A stretch of DNA of 64,000 nt from Candidatus Ozemobacteraceae bacterium (GCA_965140445.1 OZ223236.1:1920001-1984000); one strand, 5' to 3'. Numbered from the stretch's first letter, positions 30,814 through 41,387 are shown. Numbers and translations are program-made. The notes: generated by a model from the letters alone, not told the origin.

Positions 30814-32119
30814 GTTTGAGAATTGCGTTGATATCACTTGTCATTTCCTTACAATATTTTTCTGGCGGCCCCTTCTTTAGGGTCGCTTCTTCAAGATGGT
30901 CAGCCATTAGATCACGAATTTCAAACCAGACTGTAAGTCTTGGCTCAAAGTGGCAATAATCAAGCTGAACATAAGGGGCTTTTAAGTTTGGATCTTTTGC
31001 TTGTGCATCAAGAAAATATTTTGAAGTTAGAGAAGACTTTCTAACTGGCATATAAGTAGTTCTTACACTCCACTCAGCGCCATTCTCAGTGTTTGTAAAC
31101 CACTTGATGAAGTCCCAGGCACCTTTAATCTTCTCAGGATCGCCATTATTAAATATATTAATGTTACTTCCTGAAAGAATTACTCCTTTTTTTACCTGCA
31201 TTGGCAGAGGAGCTACTCCAAGAGTAAATTCCAGACCCGGTTCCATATAAATTTTACTTACAATACTGCTTTCAATCATTCCAACTTTTTTAGCTTTAAA
31301 GTCATTCTGATGATCAAAGCCTTGTCCTTCACGGGCAATCTTGGCTTTAAGCATATCTTGAACGAATGTTAAGGCTTGAATTGCTGGTGGTTGATCAAGC
31401 ATACATTTTTTGCCGTCATCACTTAGAATCTGCCCACCAAATTGGAGAACTCTGTTTTGAAACATCCAGACATTAGCTTTACTGGTTCCAAAACCATATA
31501 CGGACTTATCTTCGCCAGGGGTGTTCTGGTGATAATCAGTAATGATCTTTGCGTAAGAAGCCAGCTCATAAAGAGTTTCTGGTGGATGTTCAGGATCAAG
31601 TCCTACTTTTTTGAAAAGATCTTTGTTGTAATATAGAACAGGAACACTTTTGTTGAAAGGGAACGAATAGAGTTTCCCATCAAATGTATTGTTGGCCAAA
31701 AGAACAGGAATAATATCGTCTTTGATATTTTCACTTTCAGAAGCAATCAGATCGTCAAGGCAAACAATTTTTTTATGCTTGATGAACTTCTTGGTTAAGG
31801 TCTCATAGTTTTGGGAAATGTCCGGTGCTTCCTTAGCTACAAGAGAAGCAAGGATTTTTTTGGCTAAAGTGTCATAGCCGCCCATACATATACTTTTTAC
31901 ATAGTATTTATCCTGGCTGGCATTATAGCGAGCAACCATATCGTTCATAACTCGCCCTAAAGGACCGCCCATAGCGTGCCAGAAAACTATTTTTACCCTG
32001 TTTGAAGCCACTGAACCTGTGTCGTCAGAAGACATTCCAGAGGTTTCTTTGTCGTGTTGTATGATTAGACCGACGATGACTAACCAGGTGATCAATACGC
32101 CGATTAAAAAGTTTCGCAT
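30800..32119 (-). CDS. Carbohydrate/glycerol-3-phosphate-type ABC substrate-binding protein (family 1)
   Basis: FWHAMGG, YSFPFNKS.PVLYYNKDLF.K.G.D and AWDFIKW; N-terminal hydrophobic anchor. Confidence 0.88.
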   Translation of the reverse strand: MRNFLIGVLITWLVIVGLIIQHDKETSGMSSDDTGSVASNRVKIVFWHAMGGPLGRVMNDMVARYNASQDKYYVKSICMGGYDTLAKKILASLVAKEAPDISQNYETLTKKFIKHKKIVCLDDLIASESENIKDDIIPVLLANNTFDGKLYSFPFNKSVPVLYYNKDLFKKVGLDPEHPPETLYELASYAKIITDYHQNTPGEDKSVYGFGTSKANVWMFQNRVLQFGGQILSDDGKKCMLDQPPAIQALTFVQDMLKAKIAREGQGFDHQNDFKAKKVGMIESSIVSKIYMEPGLEFTLGVAPLPMQVKKGVILSGSNINIFNNGDPEKIKGAWDFIKWFTNTENGAEWSVRTTYMPVRKSSLTSKYFLDAQAKDPNLKAPYVQLDYCHFEPRLTVWFEIRDLMADHLEEATLKKGPPEKYCKEMTSDINAILKHATQ

Positions 32120-32126
32120 CGTCCTA

Positions 32127-33095
32127 TTACTCCTTCATTCCAGTCATTGCCTGAGATTCAACGAATTGTCTCTGAGCAAGGAAATACATAATAACCAAAG
32201 GTACAATTGTCATTGTTGATGCCGCCATTAATGGCCCCCAGTTTGTTCCCGATTCGCTTGAGAAATAACTCAAACCCACCTGAATAACTCTGAGGTTTGT
32301 ATCGTTAGTTACAATCAAAGGCCAGACAAAGCTGTTCCAGTTTGCTAGAAAAGAGAATATCCCAAGAGTAACCATGGGAGGTTTACTCAAAGGTAAAACG
32401 ATCTTGTAATAGAACTGAAATCTTGTACAGCCATCTATGGTAGCGGCTTCGAAGAGATCTTTAGGTAGCTGAAGGAAGAACTGTCTTAAGAAAAAGACAG
32501 AATAAGCTGAAGCCAGCCAGGGGACAATCAAAGACATGTATGTATTGATCCAACCCAATTTTGATAAGAAAATGTAGTTTGGAATCAATAGTGCCTGCTG
32601 TGGAATCATCATAGTTCCAAGCATCATCATAAATAATTGATCCTGGAATGGAAATTTGAAGAAAGCAAAAGCATACGCAGCTAAAGAAGCAAAGAACAGA
32701 GAAACTGCGGTCGTTGTAATTGCTACCAACAAAGTGTTCAGGAAAAACCTGTAGAAAGGCTGCGCCTCCCAGGCTTCTTTGTAGTTATCCCACCATTCGA
32801 ATGGTTTTTTGATTCTTTTATTTCTTTCAGCAGGAGGTTTTGTCATTTCTTGTTTATAGATAATGGCATTTTCTTCTTTTTTCTTTATTCTGGCCAATTC
32901 TTCTTCGCCGTTAAATATTGATGGCCTGGCGATATCAGGAAGAATAACGATAGATTTACTTGATGTTAGAATTTCATCTTCGCTCTTAAAAGATGTAGAA
33001 ATCATCCACACAAAAGGAAAGAGCATAAAGATTGATCCCAGGATCAATAGAAGATGTACCGGAAGATATTTTGGGGTTTTTGTTATTTTACTCAT
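32127..33095 (-). CDS. Carbohydrate ABC transporter permease (MalG/UgpE-type)
   Basis: P..WMISTSFK, LP.DL.EAA.IDG and WNSFVWPLIV. ATG at 33095 has an AAGGGG RBS. Confidence 0.92.
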   Translation of the reverse strand: MSKITKTPKYLPVHLLLILGSIFMLFPFVWMISTSFKSEDEILTSSKSIVILPDIARPSIFNGEEELARIKKKEENAIIYKQEMTKPPAERNKRIKKPFEWWDNYKEAWEAQPFYRFFLNTLLVAITTTAVSLFFASLAAYAFAFFKFPFQDQLFMMMLGTMMIPQQALLIPNYIFLSKLGWINTYMSLIVPWLASAYSVFFLRQFFLQLPKDLFEAATIDGCTRFQFYYKIVLPLSKPPMVTLGIFSFLANWNSFVWPLIVTNDTNLRVIQVGLSYFSSESGTNWGPLMAASTMTIVPLVIMYFLAQRQFVESQAMTGMKE

Positions 33096-33108
33096 GGTTT
33101 TATTCCCC

Positions 33109-33989
33109 TTATGAATAGTGAACTTTCTTTTCAAGATAGAGCTTGTTGAAAAGAGTTACGCTGAAAATCATCATGAAAAGAACGAATGCGGCTGCAAGTG
33201 CATAGCCAAACTCAAATTTCTCAAATGCTTTTCTGTATAGGTAATAAACCACAACCATGGTGCTTTTTAACGGACCACCACGAGGAGTCATCATATAAAC
33301 TTGAGAGAATACCTGGAAAGAGCCTATTGTCGACATAACAAAGATGAAAAATGTTGTTGGCGACAGAAGAGGCCAGGTTATATGACGGAATTGCTGCCAT
33401 TTATTTGCACCATCAATCTTGGCAGCTTCATACAAATGTTTCGGAATGTTCTGTAGTCCTGCAAGGAAAATGATTACGTTGTATCCCAGACCCTTCCAGG
33501 ACGCTCATAAAAATAATACATGGCATTGCCCAGAAAGGGTCCCTGGAGCCAGGTTTGAGCGGAAAGGCCAAAAATGTCCAAAAGCTTATTTAACAAACCG
33601 AAGTCTGGGTGATAAATAAAGTTCCACACAATGGCAACGGCATTTATAGATGTAATTACCGGTATGAAATAAATGGTTCTGTATAAGCCTATGCTGGAAA
33701 TAGGATTATTTAACAAAAGTGCAATTGTTAGAGAGCACACAATTGAAAGAGGAACGCTCAAAGCTGCATAATAAAGCGTGTTCCAAAGGGATTTGTAAAA
33801 CATTGGATCATCAAATAGCCGGGAGTAATTCCCGGTTCCAACAAATTCTGGAGAGCCAATCAGATCCCATTCATAAAAACTGACAATTAGAGAATAAAAA
33901 ATCGGCAAAACGTGAAAGGAGAAGAGGATTACAAGGACTGGCATCAAGTATAAATATGCGCCCCAGTCTTTCTTTCTTTTGTTTGACAT
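33109..33989 (-). pseudogene. Carbohydrate ABC permease (MalF/UgpA-type) interrupted by two +1 frameshifts
   Basis: Deleting one base at 33541-33543 (CCC) and one at 33499-33500 (GG) restores WLQDPFWAMPCIIFMSVWKGLGYNVIIFLAGLQNIPKHLYEAAKIDGA, joining ORFs 33474-34040 and 33109-33435. May be a sequencing artefact. Confidence 0.85.
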
Positions 33990-34023
33990 TACATTGTATC
34001 CTGAGAGATAAGATTTTGTGAAA

Positions 34024-34052
34024 CCATCTGTCAGAAACAAACTGACAGCTGG
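34024..34052 (-). terminator. Hairpin between the GATase-like gene and the permease
   Basis: CCATCTGTCAG-7 nt-CTGACAGCTGG (one mismatch), with only a short U tract. Confidence 0.4.
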
Positions 34053-34064
34053 TATGAAACTTTA

Positions 34065-35681
34065 CTACCTTGTGTTGGCTTTTCCCGAAAGAAACAGCAT
34101 CAGGTTATCATAAATACGTGGTGTTTCGTGCTTAAATGGAGATGGGCCTGGTTGAGCTTCATTTATATCACTATCTGGATATTGATAATCTGTGAAGTTA
34201 CAGCATCCCATCAAAACAAGAGTTCCGTTTACTATTTTTTCAATTGCCATTATTGGAATTGGAAGACCTTTTGGATAGATAACCGCAGGAACCTGCTTGT
34301 TTCCATCTTTGTTGAATGAGTCATTGTCACCACTAATTAAAATTTCCACACCCGCATCTTCAGTCAGAGGAGTATCTTTTCTGGTGATCAGGGAGCAGGT
34401 TCCCCATGTTATAACAGTGTTTACGCCATTAGTTATTGGGTGCCCTTTTTTTAGCACATGAGCCAGAACGCCCCATGGCTTATTGGTTTTGTTTGTGTTA
34501 TCCCAAACCTGATCATCATTTAATTTCATGACTGATCCAATGTTGGCCAGAAGATTATTTATAGTAGCAGTTCCACGTAATTTTGATGAATCCCATGAAC
34601 CGCCAATTACAAGCTTTCCACCGTTCATAAACCAGTCGGAAACAGCTGCAACTTCTGGATTAAGGTATTTCAGGGAAGGATCTGGAATAATCAAAGTCGA
34701 GAAAGACTTTAACATCTCTGGTTTGAGAAGATTTAACGTGTAATAAACCTTCAAGCCAAGCTTTTTCATGTGGCGCTCAAAGGTTTCCATCTTGTCTGAT
34801 GCGGCATTACCATGAGCAGCATCAATCAAAATGTTAATGTTTTTTTCATTCATGTTTGCTTCATTAAAGAAAGCAACTTTTCTTGAAGGAATTCTTTTGT
34901 CAGGAGTATTGCCGCAAACCCATGAAACAGCGTTGAAAGCAAGTTGTGGATGAGAATACATGAAAGAATCGTAACTGTCATGAAGCTTGTTTTTACCGCC
35001 GCTTCCAGTGCCATCGTCAAAAGGTGAACTATCACCAATTGCTACAACCCTACCGGTTCCGACTTCTGAAGCAACTACGTAAGGAGCCTTTTTCCAACGG
35101 CTATCGATAAGGCCAGTCGCTTTAGCTCCATCTTTTTCAAGAATTTTGAAAGTTGATCCAGCCCATGCTCCAACACCGCGAACACCAAACATCGCTGGAT
35201 GTTGTTTGTTTGCAGGCCCCTGAAGTGGAGATTCATACAAAAAATCTCCATTGAATTCAAAACCAAATTCAGGGCAAAAGTTATTTAAAGCTTTGACGGC
35301 GTCCCAGCCGTTTCCATTTCTGTCTGCATTTCCGTGATCGCCAATTAAAAAAGCTCCGCCGCCGTTTTTAACAAACTCAACAATCGCTTTCTTTTCTTTA
35401 TCACTAAAAGGATTGTTAGGTTCAGCAATAATAATTGCTTGGAAATCAGCAAGAATTTCAGATGTTAAAACTCCAGAATCTGAGACTTTGCTAAGACATT
35501 TAACTTGGAAACCATTGTCAATGAGCATGTCAACCATGTCCGAATATGCACCGGATGGTATCCAATCGGCATTTCCTGCCGTTTGGCCATGAGTGTCATC
35601 ATAAAGAACAAAAGCCGCTTGTGCTCCAGTACAAATGCCTAAGAGAAACATAGCCAGAAACAAAACTGAAATTTTTTTCAT
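34065..35681 (-). CDS. Secreted protein with two tandem DUF4350/GATase1-like domains
   Basis: Signal peptide (AQA). Repeat 1 runs VLYDDTHGQTAGNADW...EPN.PF...FV.NGG...IGD. Repeat 2 runs ILIDAAHGN...IPDP...W..NGG.L. Confidence 0.65.
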   Translation of the reverse strand: MKKISVLFLAMFLLGICTGAQAAFVLYDDTHGQTAGNADWIPSGAYSDMVDMLIDNGFQVKCLSKVSDSGVLTSEILADFQAIIIAEPNNPFSDKEKKAIVEFVKNGGGAFLIGDHGNADRNGNGWDAVKALNNFCPEFGFEFNGDFLYESPLQGPANKQHPAMFGVRGVGAWAGSTFKILEKDGAKATGLIDSRWKKAPYVVASEVGTGRVVAIGDSSPFDDGTGSGGKNKLHDSYDSFMYSHPQLAFNAVSWVCGNTPDKRIPSRKVAFFNEANMNEKNINILIDAAHGNAASDKMETFERHMKKLGLKVYYTLNLLKPEMLKSFSTLIIPDPSLKYLNPEVAAVSDWFMNGGKLVIGGSWDSSKLRGTATINNLLANIGSVMKLNDDQVWDNTNKTNKPWGVLAHVLKKGHPITNGVNTVITWGTCSLITRKDTPLTEDAGVEILISGDNDSFNKDGNKQVPAVIYPKGLPIPIMAIEKIVNGTLVLMGCCNFTDYQYPDSDINEAQPGPSPFKHETPRIYDNLMLFLSGKANTR

Positions 35682-35766
35682 CCACTTTCCCCTTACTCTG
35701 GTTTAAGTCGTTCCAGTATATGAAAAAACTCTTTAAGAGGCAAGCGCGAAGTGTTTTTGAATGTAC

Positions 35767-37614
35767 CTATCTGTCTGAGACCAATCCGTTAACTATATCT
35801 TGAAGGTTTCCAGTCCATAGGTTCATGGGACCACAGAAATTTGATAGGAAAAACAAATTTTCAGTTTCAGGGTTTATAAAAATGGTTCTTATATTGTAAT
35901 CCTGTAAAAACTTTAACAATGAATAAGCTTTTGGGGCTGTTCTATCAGAAAACAAGACCATGTTGTCTTCGACGAAAGGGTAGGGGCTATGACGGAAATT
36001 ATGAGTGTTTTGTGGTTGAGGTATTGAATCGGGTTTACGCAAACCAATAAACCAGTAGTTTTGCACCTCATCTGAATAAACGTGGTTTATATGGCTAAAA
36101 CCAGCGTCGTATACATTTTTATACTTTCCATCAAGAGTTTTGTATACATAAAGGTATTTCATCGGTAGATCAACCGAGTCTGTTTTTGATTTATTTTCTT
36201 TGGCTGCTGCAATTCCTGGGGTGGCAGTCAATTTTGCAGTAAAGTTTTGAGAGAGATCCCAGATCGGTAGATTCAACTTTTTGCTTACCAGACGGCCCTC
36301 TAAGAATAGAACCCTGTCAAGGGTCCAGAAAGATACAAGCTTAATTGTATTTCTGGATTCAAATCTTTGCGCATGGTCTTCTACGGCTACTCCACCCGGA
36401 GTTAGGTTAAATCTATGCAATATTGACTTTCTCAAATCCAGATCGTCAAAAATATATTTATCTCTGGATTGACCAATAATCTCAACTACGGCAAACGCAT
36501 TACTGTCAAAAGACCAGGTGAGTTCTGATATTGGATTGGCAAGGTGCTGAACTGAAGGAAACAGCTTTTGCTGTTTAACATCAATCAGGTGAAATTTCTT
36601 TCCGGTGGTGAAAATCAGCTTTTCTCCGTTTGGAGCCCAGTAAGGGTAGGAGAAAATATGGTTTGATTCCAGCTTCTCATTGTCAATAAATGTCAGGCGT
36701 TTTTTATCCGTTGCTGAATAAACAAAAGCGATTCGGTCTTGTGTTGATTTCTCTAAAACCATCCCTGCCAGATAGTCATTTTTTGGTGACCATTTCATTT
36801 GCAACAATAAAACATCTTCATTGTCAAAAACCTTTGATACGGAGCCTGAAGCAATATCCATTACCATTGGAATGCCGCCGTCAGCGAACGCAACAAATTT
36901 GCTGTCCTGCGAAGGGGTGAGGTTTGAATACCAGTTTTTTCCCTGGCCCAGTATCATTTTGTTGGTGTTTTCAGAATCCTCGCCCAGTATAAACATCCTG
37001 TTTGCACGCAAGAACGGACGTGTTACTAAAACATTTTCATTTGGTAATACACAAAAACTTTCGTCTGGCTCAAGGCTTTTGATATTGTTGGACAGACACG
37101 AAGCTTTTAGTTTTTCTGAAATTAAACATTCTTTGCGGGTAAACTGATCGGGAATTTTAAAAAGAGTGTCCGCATTATCAAGTAGATATGACGCGTCAGT
37201 AGTAGACTTTTCCTTAAGGTGAGAATTTATAAGGTCAAGGGCATGGTTTAAGCCCAATTCTTTCAATCTGATCAGATTCTGATTGTCTGCCCATGTGTCC
37301 ATAGCTTTTCCAGGTGAATAAACCATTTCAATTGAAGTAGCAGGGGCGATTTTCTGAAGTTTAGAAAGATACTGAATATAATTTTCAACAAGATTCAGGA
37401 TTAGATTGAGTTTGGGTAGTTCAAATTTTAACGGATGCTCAGAATTAATCCCTGAGCGCAGCGGAAGATAAAATTTCAAATCAACTCTGGGTGAATTAAA
37501 TTGAATCATCTGCGCCGTGACCTGTGCGTTTGAGGGGCTTATGAAAGCCAGAATCATGGCTGCAAAAAGGCAGGCTCGGGCAAACTTTAATGTGCAAATT
37601 TCTTTAAATTTCAT
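35767..37614 (-). CDS. Exported protein, probable TolB/WD40-like beta-propeller
   Basis: Signal peptide and repeated W(S/A)P.....L/F motifs (WSPKNDYLA, WAPNGEKLIF, WSFDSNAFA). Confidence 0.6.
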   Translation of the reverse strand: MKFKEICTLKFARACLFAAMILAFISPSNAQVTAQMIQFNSPRVDLKFYLPLRSGINSEHPLKFELPKLNLILNLVENYIQYLSKLQKIAPATSIEMVYSPGKAMDTWADNQNLIRLKELGLNHALDLINSHLKEKSTTDASYLLDNADTLFKIPDQFTRKECLISEKLKASCLSNNIKSLEPDESFCVLPNENVLVTRPFLRANRMFILGEDSENTNKMILGQGKNWYSNLTPSQDSKFVAFADGGIPMVMDIASGSVSKVFDNEDVLLLQMKWSPKNDYLAGMVLEKSTQDRIAFVYSATDKKRLTFIDNEKLESNHIFSYPYWAPNGEKLIFTTGKKFHLIDVKQQKLFPSVQHLANPISELTWSFDSNAFAVVEIIGQSRDKYIFDDLDLRKSILHRFNLTPGGVAVEDHAQRFESRNTIKLVSFWTLDRVLFLEGRLVSKKLNLPIWDLSQNFTAKLTATPGIAAAKENKSKTDSVDLPMKYLYVYKTLDGKYKNVYDAGFSHINHVYSDEVQNYWFIGLRKPDSIPQPQNTHNFRHSPYPFVEDNMVLFSDRTAPKAYSLLKFLQDYNIRTIFINPETENLFFLSNFCGPMNLWTGNLQDIVNGLVSDR

Positions 37615-37625
37615 AATCAGACTAA

Positions 37626-38687
37626 CTAATCCTTCCTCAAGCTTTTAAAAATTTCTTCTACTAAACCGTCTACTAACTTATCTGCTGGCAATGTCCTCAC
37701 AACCTTGCCTTTCTTAAAAATTAATCCACTTTCTTTTCCTCCGGCTATGCCGAAATCCGCTTGCTCTGCTTCTCCGGGGCCGTTTACAGCGCATCCCATT
37801 ACCGCGACCTGAAAGCTTTCTTCTATGCCTTCCAGGCGTTGTCTAACCTGTCTGGCTATATCTTGTAGCGGAATCTGACAGCGTCCGCAAGTTGGACAGG
37901 ATACTATTGTAGGGCCATCCAGGAGCAAACCTGTGGCTTTGAGAATTCTTTTCCCGGTGACCACTTCATCTACAGAATTGCCTGTTAGCGAAACTCTTAT
38001 CGTATCCCCAATTCCTTCCATCAAAAGTGAACCGATCCCAATTGAAGATCTGATAATTCCCTCTTCGGGAAGGCCGGATTCGGTTACTCCGAGATGAATC
38101 GGATAATCGCACTTGTCCGCGACTATTTTCACGGCTTGAATCATCTTCTCTAATTCGAAAGCTTTTACAGCAATTTTTATCAAATTAAAGTCCATCTTTT
38201 CGAGCAATTCAACTTCTTTGAGAGCTGATTCGGCAAGACCTTCAGCCGTTACTCCGCCGTATTTTGCCTTAATGGCTGGATCAAGGGAGCCGGCATTCAC
38301 ACCTACTCGTATAGGGATTTTCTTTTCCTTTGCTGCAGCCGCAATTAAAGCTATGTTTTCTTCCGATCTGATGTTGCCAGGATTCAATCTAAGTCCTTGA
38401 ACCCCATTTTCTATTGCAGCCAGAGCCAGTTTATAATCAAAATGGATATCTGCAATAACTGGAATGGGGGACATCTCGGTGATTTCTTTTAGTGAAGTTG
38501 CGGCCTGCATGTCTGGAACAGCTAATCTGATTATGTCGCAACCGGCATTTGCCAGATTAATTATTTCGGAAATGGTTTTATCTGCATCTCTCGTATCTGT
38601 TTTTGTCATCGATTGAACAGAAACTGGTGAATCCCCTCCAACCGCAACGTTTCCGAGAAATATTTTTTTACTTTTTCGTCTATTCAT
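37626..38687 (-). CDS. ispG: 4-hydroxy-3-methylbut-2-en-1-yl diphosphate synthase
   Basis: VQSMT, IADIHFD, RLNPGNI, IRVGVNAGSL, CPTCGR and MGCAVNGPGE. Confidence 0.98.
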   Translation of the reverse strand: MNRRKSKKIFLGNVAVGGDSPVSVQSMTKTDTRDADKTISEIINLANAGCDIIRLAVPDMQAATSLKEITEMSPIPVIADIHFDYKLALAAIENGVQGLRLNPGNIRSEENIALIAAAAKEKKIPIRVGVNAGSLDPAIKAKYGGVTAEGLAESALKEVELLEKMDFNLIKIAVKAFELEKMIQAVKIVADKCDYPIHLGVTESGLPEEGIIRSSIGIGSLLMEGIGDTIRVSLTGNSVDEVVTGKRILKATGLLLDGPTIVSCPTCGRCQIPLQDIARQVRQRLEGIEESFQVAVMGCAVNGPGEAEQADFGIAGGKESGLIFKKGKVVRTLPADKLVDGLVEEIFKSLRKD

Positions 38688-40753
38688 TATTTTACCCTTC
38701 GTTTAAGAAGAAAGAATGTTATGTCGTCTTTAAAGCCTTTTTGAGAAAATTCTGAACTGATAATTGCTTTTATTTCAGAAGCAAGTTTCTTTATGCAGCC
38801 AGTGTTTTTTTCCTTTAAAAAGTTTATCAGGTCTCCGGCTTTTGAGTCTTCAAAAAGTTTATAGAGTCCGTTACTTGAGACAAATAGTAATTCATCTTTA
38901 TCCGGATAGCTAATTGAGGTGGATTCTACAAACTCTTGTTCCTCAAGTCCTAGAGGTTTGCCTGATTCTACAATTTTTTTGCAAACTTTGCCTGCTAAAA
39001 AAAGTGGAGATGGATTTCCCGCATTGAAAATGGCCAATTGCCCTTTTTCTGGAACAATCAGGGTAACTGCGCTAGACAGCGAGAAGGCGGAAAAACTCCG
39101 CAACACCTCATTCAGCTTCTTAAATCTTTCCGTTGGAATTGCGGATCGAAAAATGGAAAACACCAGATTTAAAGTTAGAACAGCTTTTATGCCATGATGA
39201 AAGGCATCGTATAAAGCAATGAAACTGGTTTGAGGACCGTCCATTATGTCAATCATGTCCCCTTTTATTTCTTTGGAAAGGGAACTGTAGGTTTCGATTT
39301 CGAACTCATGAAACCTATCAATGTTTTTATCTGCAGAAATTGCTCGCAGCATCTTTTGAGCCCAGGAAATCTCCTGCTTTGATCGATCGTGCTCCAGCAA
39401 CTCCAGAATCATCTGGAAGTTGGAAAATATATGTGGAATCTCACTGACAACCTCTTTTACAAGGCTGAGTTCATTCTCTGTGTAGGGGACTTTTGAGGTT
39501 TTCGGGCCCAAAAAGCAGAACCCGAAAAATTTCTTCTGGTCATAAATCCTGAAAATATATCTATACCCCGATTCTCTCCACTTATCAGCAAAAGCGCATT
39601 CAGGATCAGAGCTTTGCTTGTATGCAAGGATTTCTTCCAGCTCATAGATTCCTTCGGGAAATGCATCCTCAATCTCTGGAAACGGCTGCCCATCATCTGG
39701 AAACAAATGATCTTTGCCATTCACTCGAATGTTACAAATGGAAAAATCTATGACCAGTTTGAGCTCAGACACAAGCCTTTTAAGCGCAGCTGTTTCATTT
39801 TTGGATTTACGCATTTCGTCAATGATGTGCCGCATTACCGTCGCTGAATCAAAATTCTGTCTGCCAAAAAATTTATCAACAAGGCTGTTTAACAAATCTT
39901 TTAGCGGAGAGAACAGTGCTGCAATGGTTAAAGTGGAAAGAATCTTTGACCAGACTCCTGAAAGATCCAGAATGTTCTGCATTAACTCCTGCATAAGTTC
40001 CATTGAACCGGCAAGAATTGCAGTTAGAAGCGTGTATACCAGACCAATAGAAAAAATAAGATCTATTTCCATCAAGCTGTATTTAAGCATTGTATAGCTC
40101 AAAATAACTCCCATTGCGATACTTAAAGCCGGAAAAATCCCAAAAGAATATGCTGTTCCGCTTTCCATGTAAAATTTGCTGAACGCAATAAAAATAGAAC
40201 CGGCTGCAATCGGCAGGAGCATGGCGGTAAAGGTATATCGCAATCTTCTATACTGAATCGGTGATTTGGCCTGTTTTCGGCTTTTAGAGAGGGTTGTCAA
40301 AGACAAAAATAGATAGCCAATTAAAATGCCTTTTATAACAAATTCGGATTTTCCAAATTTAAAGGAAAAGCCAGCTGGTATTTCTGCAATACTTGTAAAA
40401 AGGTTTCCGCTCCAGATTAGATAGAGCAAAAAGGCTGCGGGAATGAATGCCAGCAGAGAGTTTATTTTGTTTTTTATTACAAAAGCTTCTGGTTGTGGTT
40501 CCGGGAAGATTGCCGCAAACACACAAAAGAAATAGGCCAGAAGAACTGCTGGAGTAAACATCAGCTTTATTCCAAGATCGCTGATTCCATTGTAAATTAA
40601 ATTTAATTCGCCTGCTGTCCAGATCAGAAAAAGAAGCAGCTGAAAGCTGAAGATTTGATTAGGCTTTTTGAGAGGTCCGCGGACAAAAACCAATAAGCCT
40701 AATGTCAGCTGGGTAAGAATGGAAATAATACATAAAAATATTGAAACAGACAC
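38687..40753 (-). CDS. N-terminal multi-TM (7TM-type) sensor with GAF-like region and divergent SpoIIE/PP2C domain
   Basis: About 9 hydrophobic helices, LGPK.S..PY...E, then KGDMID, DAFHHG, NAGNP, SNGL and DDIT. Confidence 0.75.
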   Translation of the reverse strand: MSVSIFLCIISILTQLTLGLLVFVRGPLKKPNQIFSFQLLLFLIWTAGELNLIYNGISDLGIKLMFTPAVLLAYFFCVFAAIFPEPQPEAFVIKNKINSLLAFIPAAFLLYLIWSGNLFTSIAEIPAGFSFKFGKSEFVIKGILIGYLFLSLTTLSKSRKQAKSPIQYRRLRYTFTAMLLPIAAGSIFIAFSKFYMESGTAYSFGIFPALSIAMGVILSYTMLKYSLMEIDLIFSIGLVYTLLTAILAGSMELMQELMQNILDLSGVWSKILSTLTIAALFSPLKDLLNSLVDKFFGRQNFDSATVMRHIIDEMRKSKNETAALKRLVSELKLVIDFSICNIRVNGKDHLFPDDGQPFPEIEDAFPEGIYELEEILAYKQSSDPECAFADKWRESGYRYIFRIYDQKKFFGFCFLGPKTSKVPYTENELSLVKEVVSEIPHIFSNFQMILELLEHDRSKQEISWAQKMLRAISADKNIDRFHEFEIETYSSLSKEIKGDMIDIMDGPQTSFIALYDAFHHGIKAVLTLNLVFSIFRSAIPTERFKKLNEVLRSFSAFSLSSAVTLIVPEKGQLAIFNAGNPSPLFLAGKVCKKIVESGKPLGLEEQEFVESTSISYPDKDELLFVSSNGLYKLFEDSKAGDLINFLKEKNTGCIKKLASEIKAIISSEFSQKGFKDDITFFLLKRRVK

Positions 40754-40760
40754 CAGTTAT

Positions 40761-41387
40761 TTACCTTAGTTTCCAATTAGGTTGCCTGATTCTTGATGCT
40801 GCTGGCCTGAGTTTAACAGCAGTGACCATGGCAGAAGAGTCGGTTTGAAGTTTTAGAGCCAGCTTGATTCTTATAAAGCTTATTTTTTTCCTCTGCCCCG
40901 AGTCATTTGAAATCATGTCAAATGGATAATAAGACCAGCCTGTGGGAGAATTTTCATCTTTCTCTTCGAAATAGGGAAAGAAAATATCTTCTTCTATTTT
41001 ATCTACTGAAAAGAGTTTTATGGGGTTTTCCCTGTTCTCGGAGCGCCATAAAACCATTTTTTTTCCAAGTTTTTCGACTTCATAAGTTACCGTAACCAGA
41101 GAATCTTCTCCTGGGTCTGGCTTGTCCTTGGAATATTTGTAAACTCTTATTTTTATAGAGTCCTGTTTTATGTTGATTACTTCTTTTGTGCAGCGAAGAT
41201 CTGCAACAATTCGTTCTAATTTGTTTCGAAGTTCAGAGGTTAGGGTTAAGGTTGCCGTGTTTTTTCTGACGGTTGACATCCCGGTAGATTGGAGAAGGTA
41301 AAGAACGCCGCCCACAAGTATCGTGAGGGACATTCCTAAAAGGAGTTCCACGAGAGTAAAAGCTTTTTTATTCTTTCTTCTCGTCAT
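40761..41387 (-). CDS. Prepilin-type N-terminal cleavage/methylation protein (minor pilin/pseudopilin)
   Basis: Basic leader followed by A|FTLVELL and a hydrophobic helix. Confidence 0.8.
   Translation of the reverse strand: MTRRKNKKAFTLVELLLGMSLTILVGGVLYLLQSTGMSTVRKNTATLTLTSELRNKLERIVADLRCTKEVINIKQDSIKIRVYKYSKDKPDPGEDSLVTVTYEVEKLGKKMVLWRSENRENPIKLFSVDKIEEDIFFPYFEEKDENSPTGWSYYPFDMISNDSGQRKKISFIRIKLALKLQTDSSAMVTAVKLRPAASRIRQPNWKLR

Noticed and set aside
33499..33543. Programmed frameshift or phase variation in the permease
   Set aside because: Two separate shifts would be needed, the runs are only 2-3 bp, and I saw no slippery heptamer or long repeat tract at these sites.
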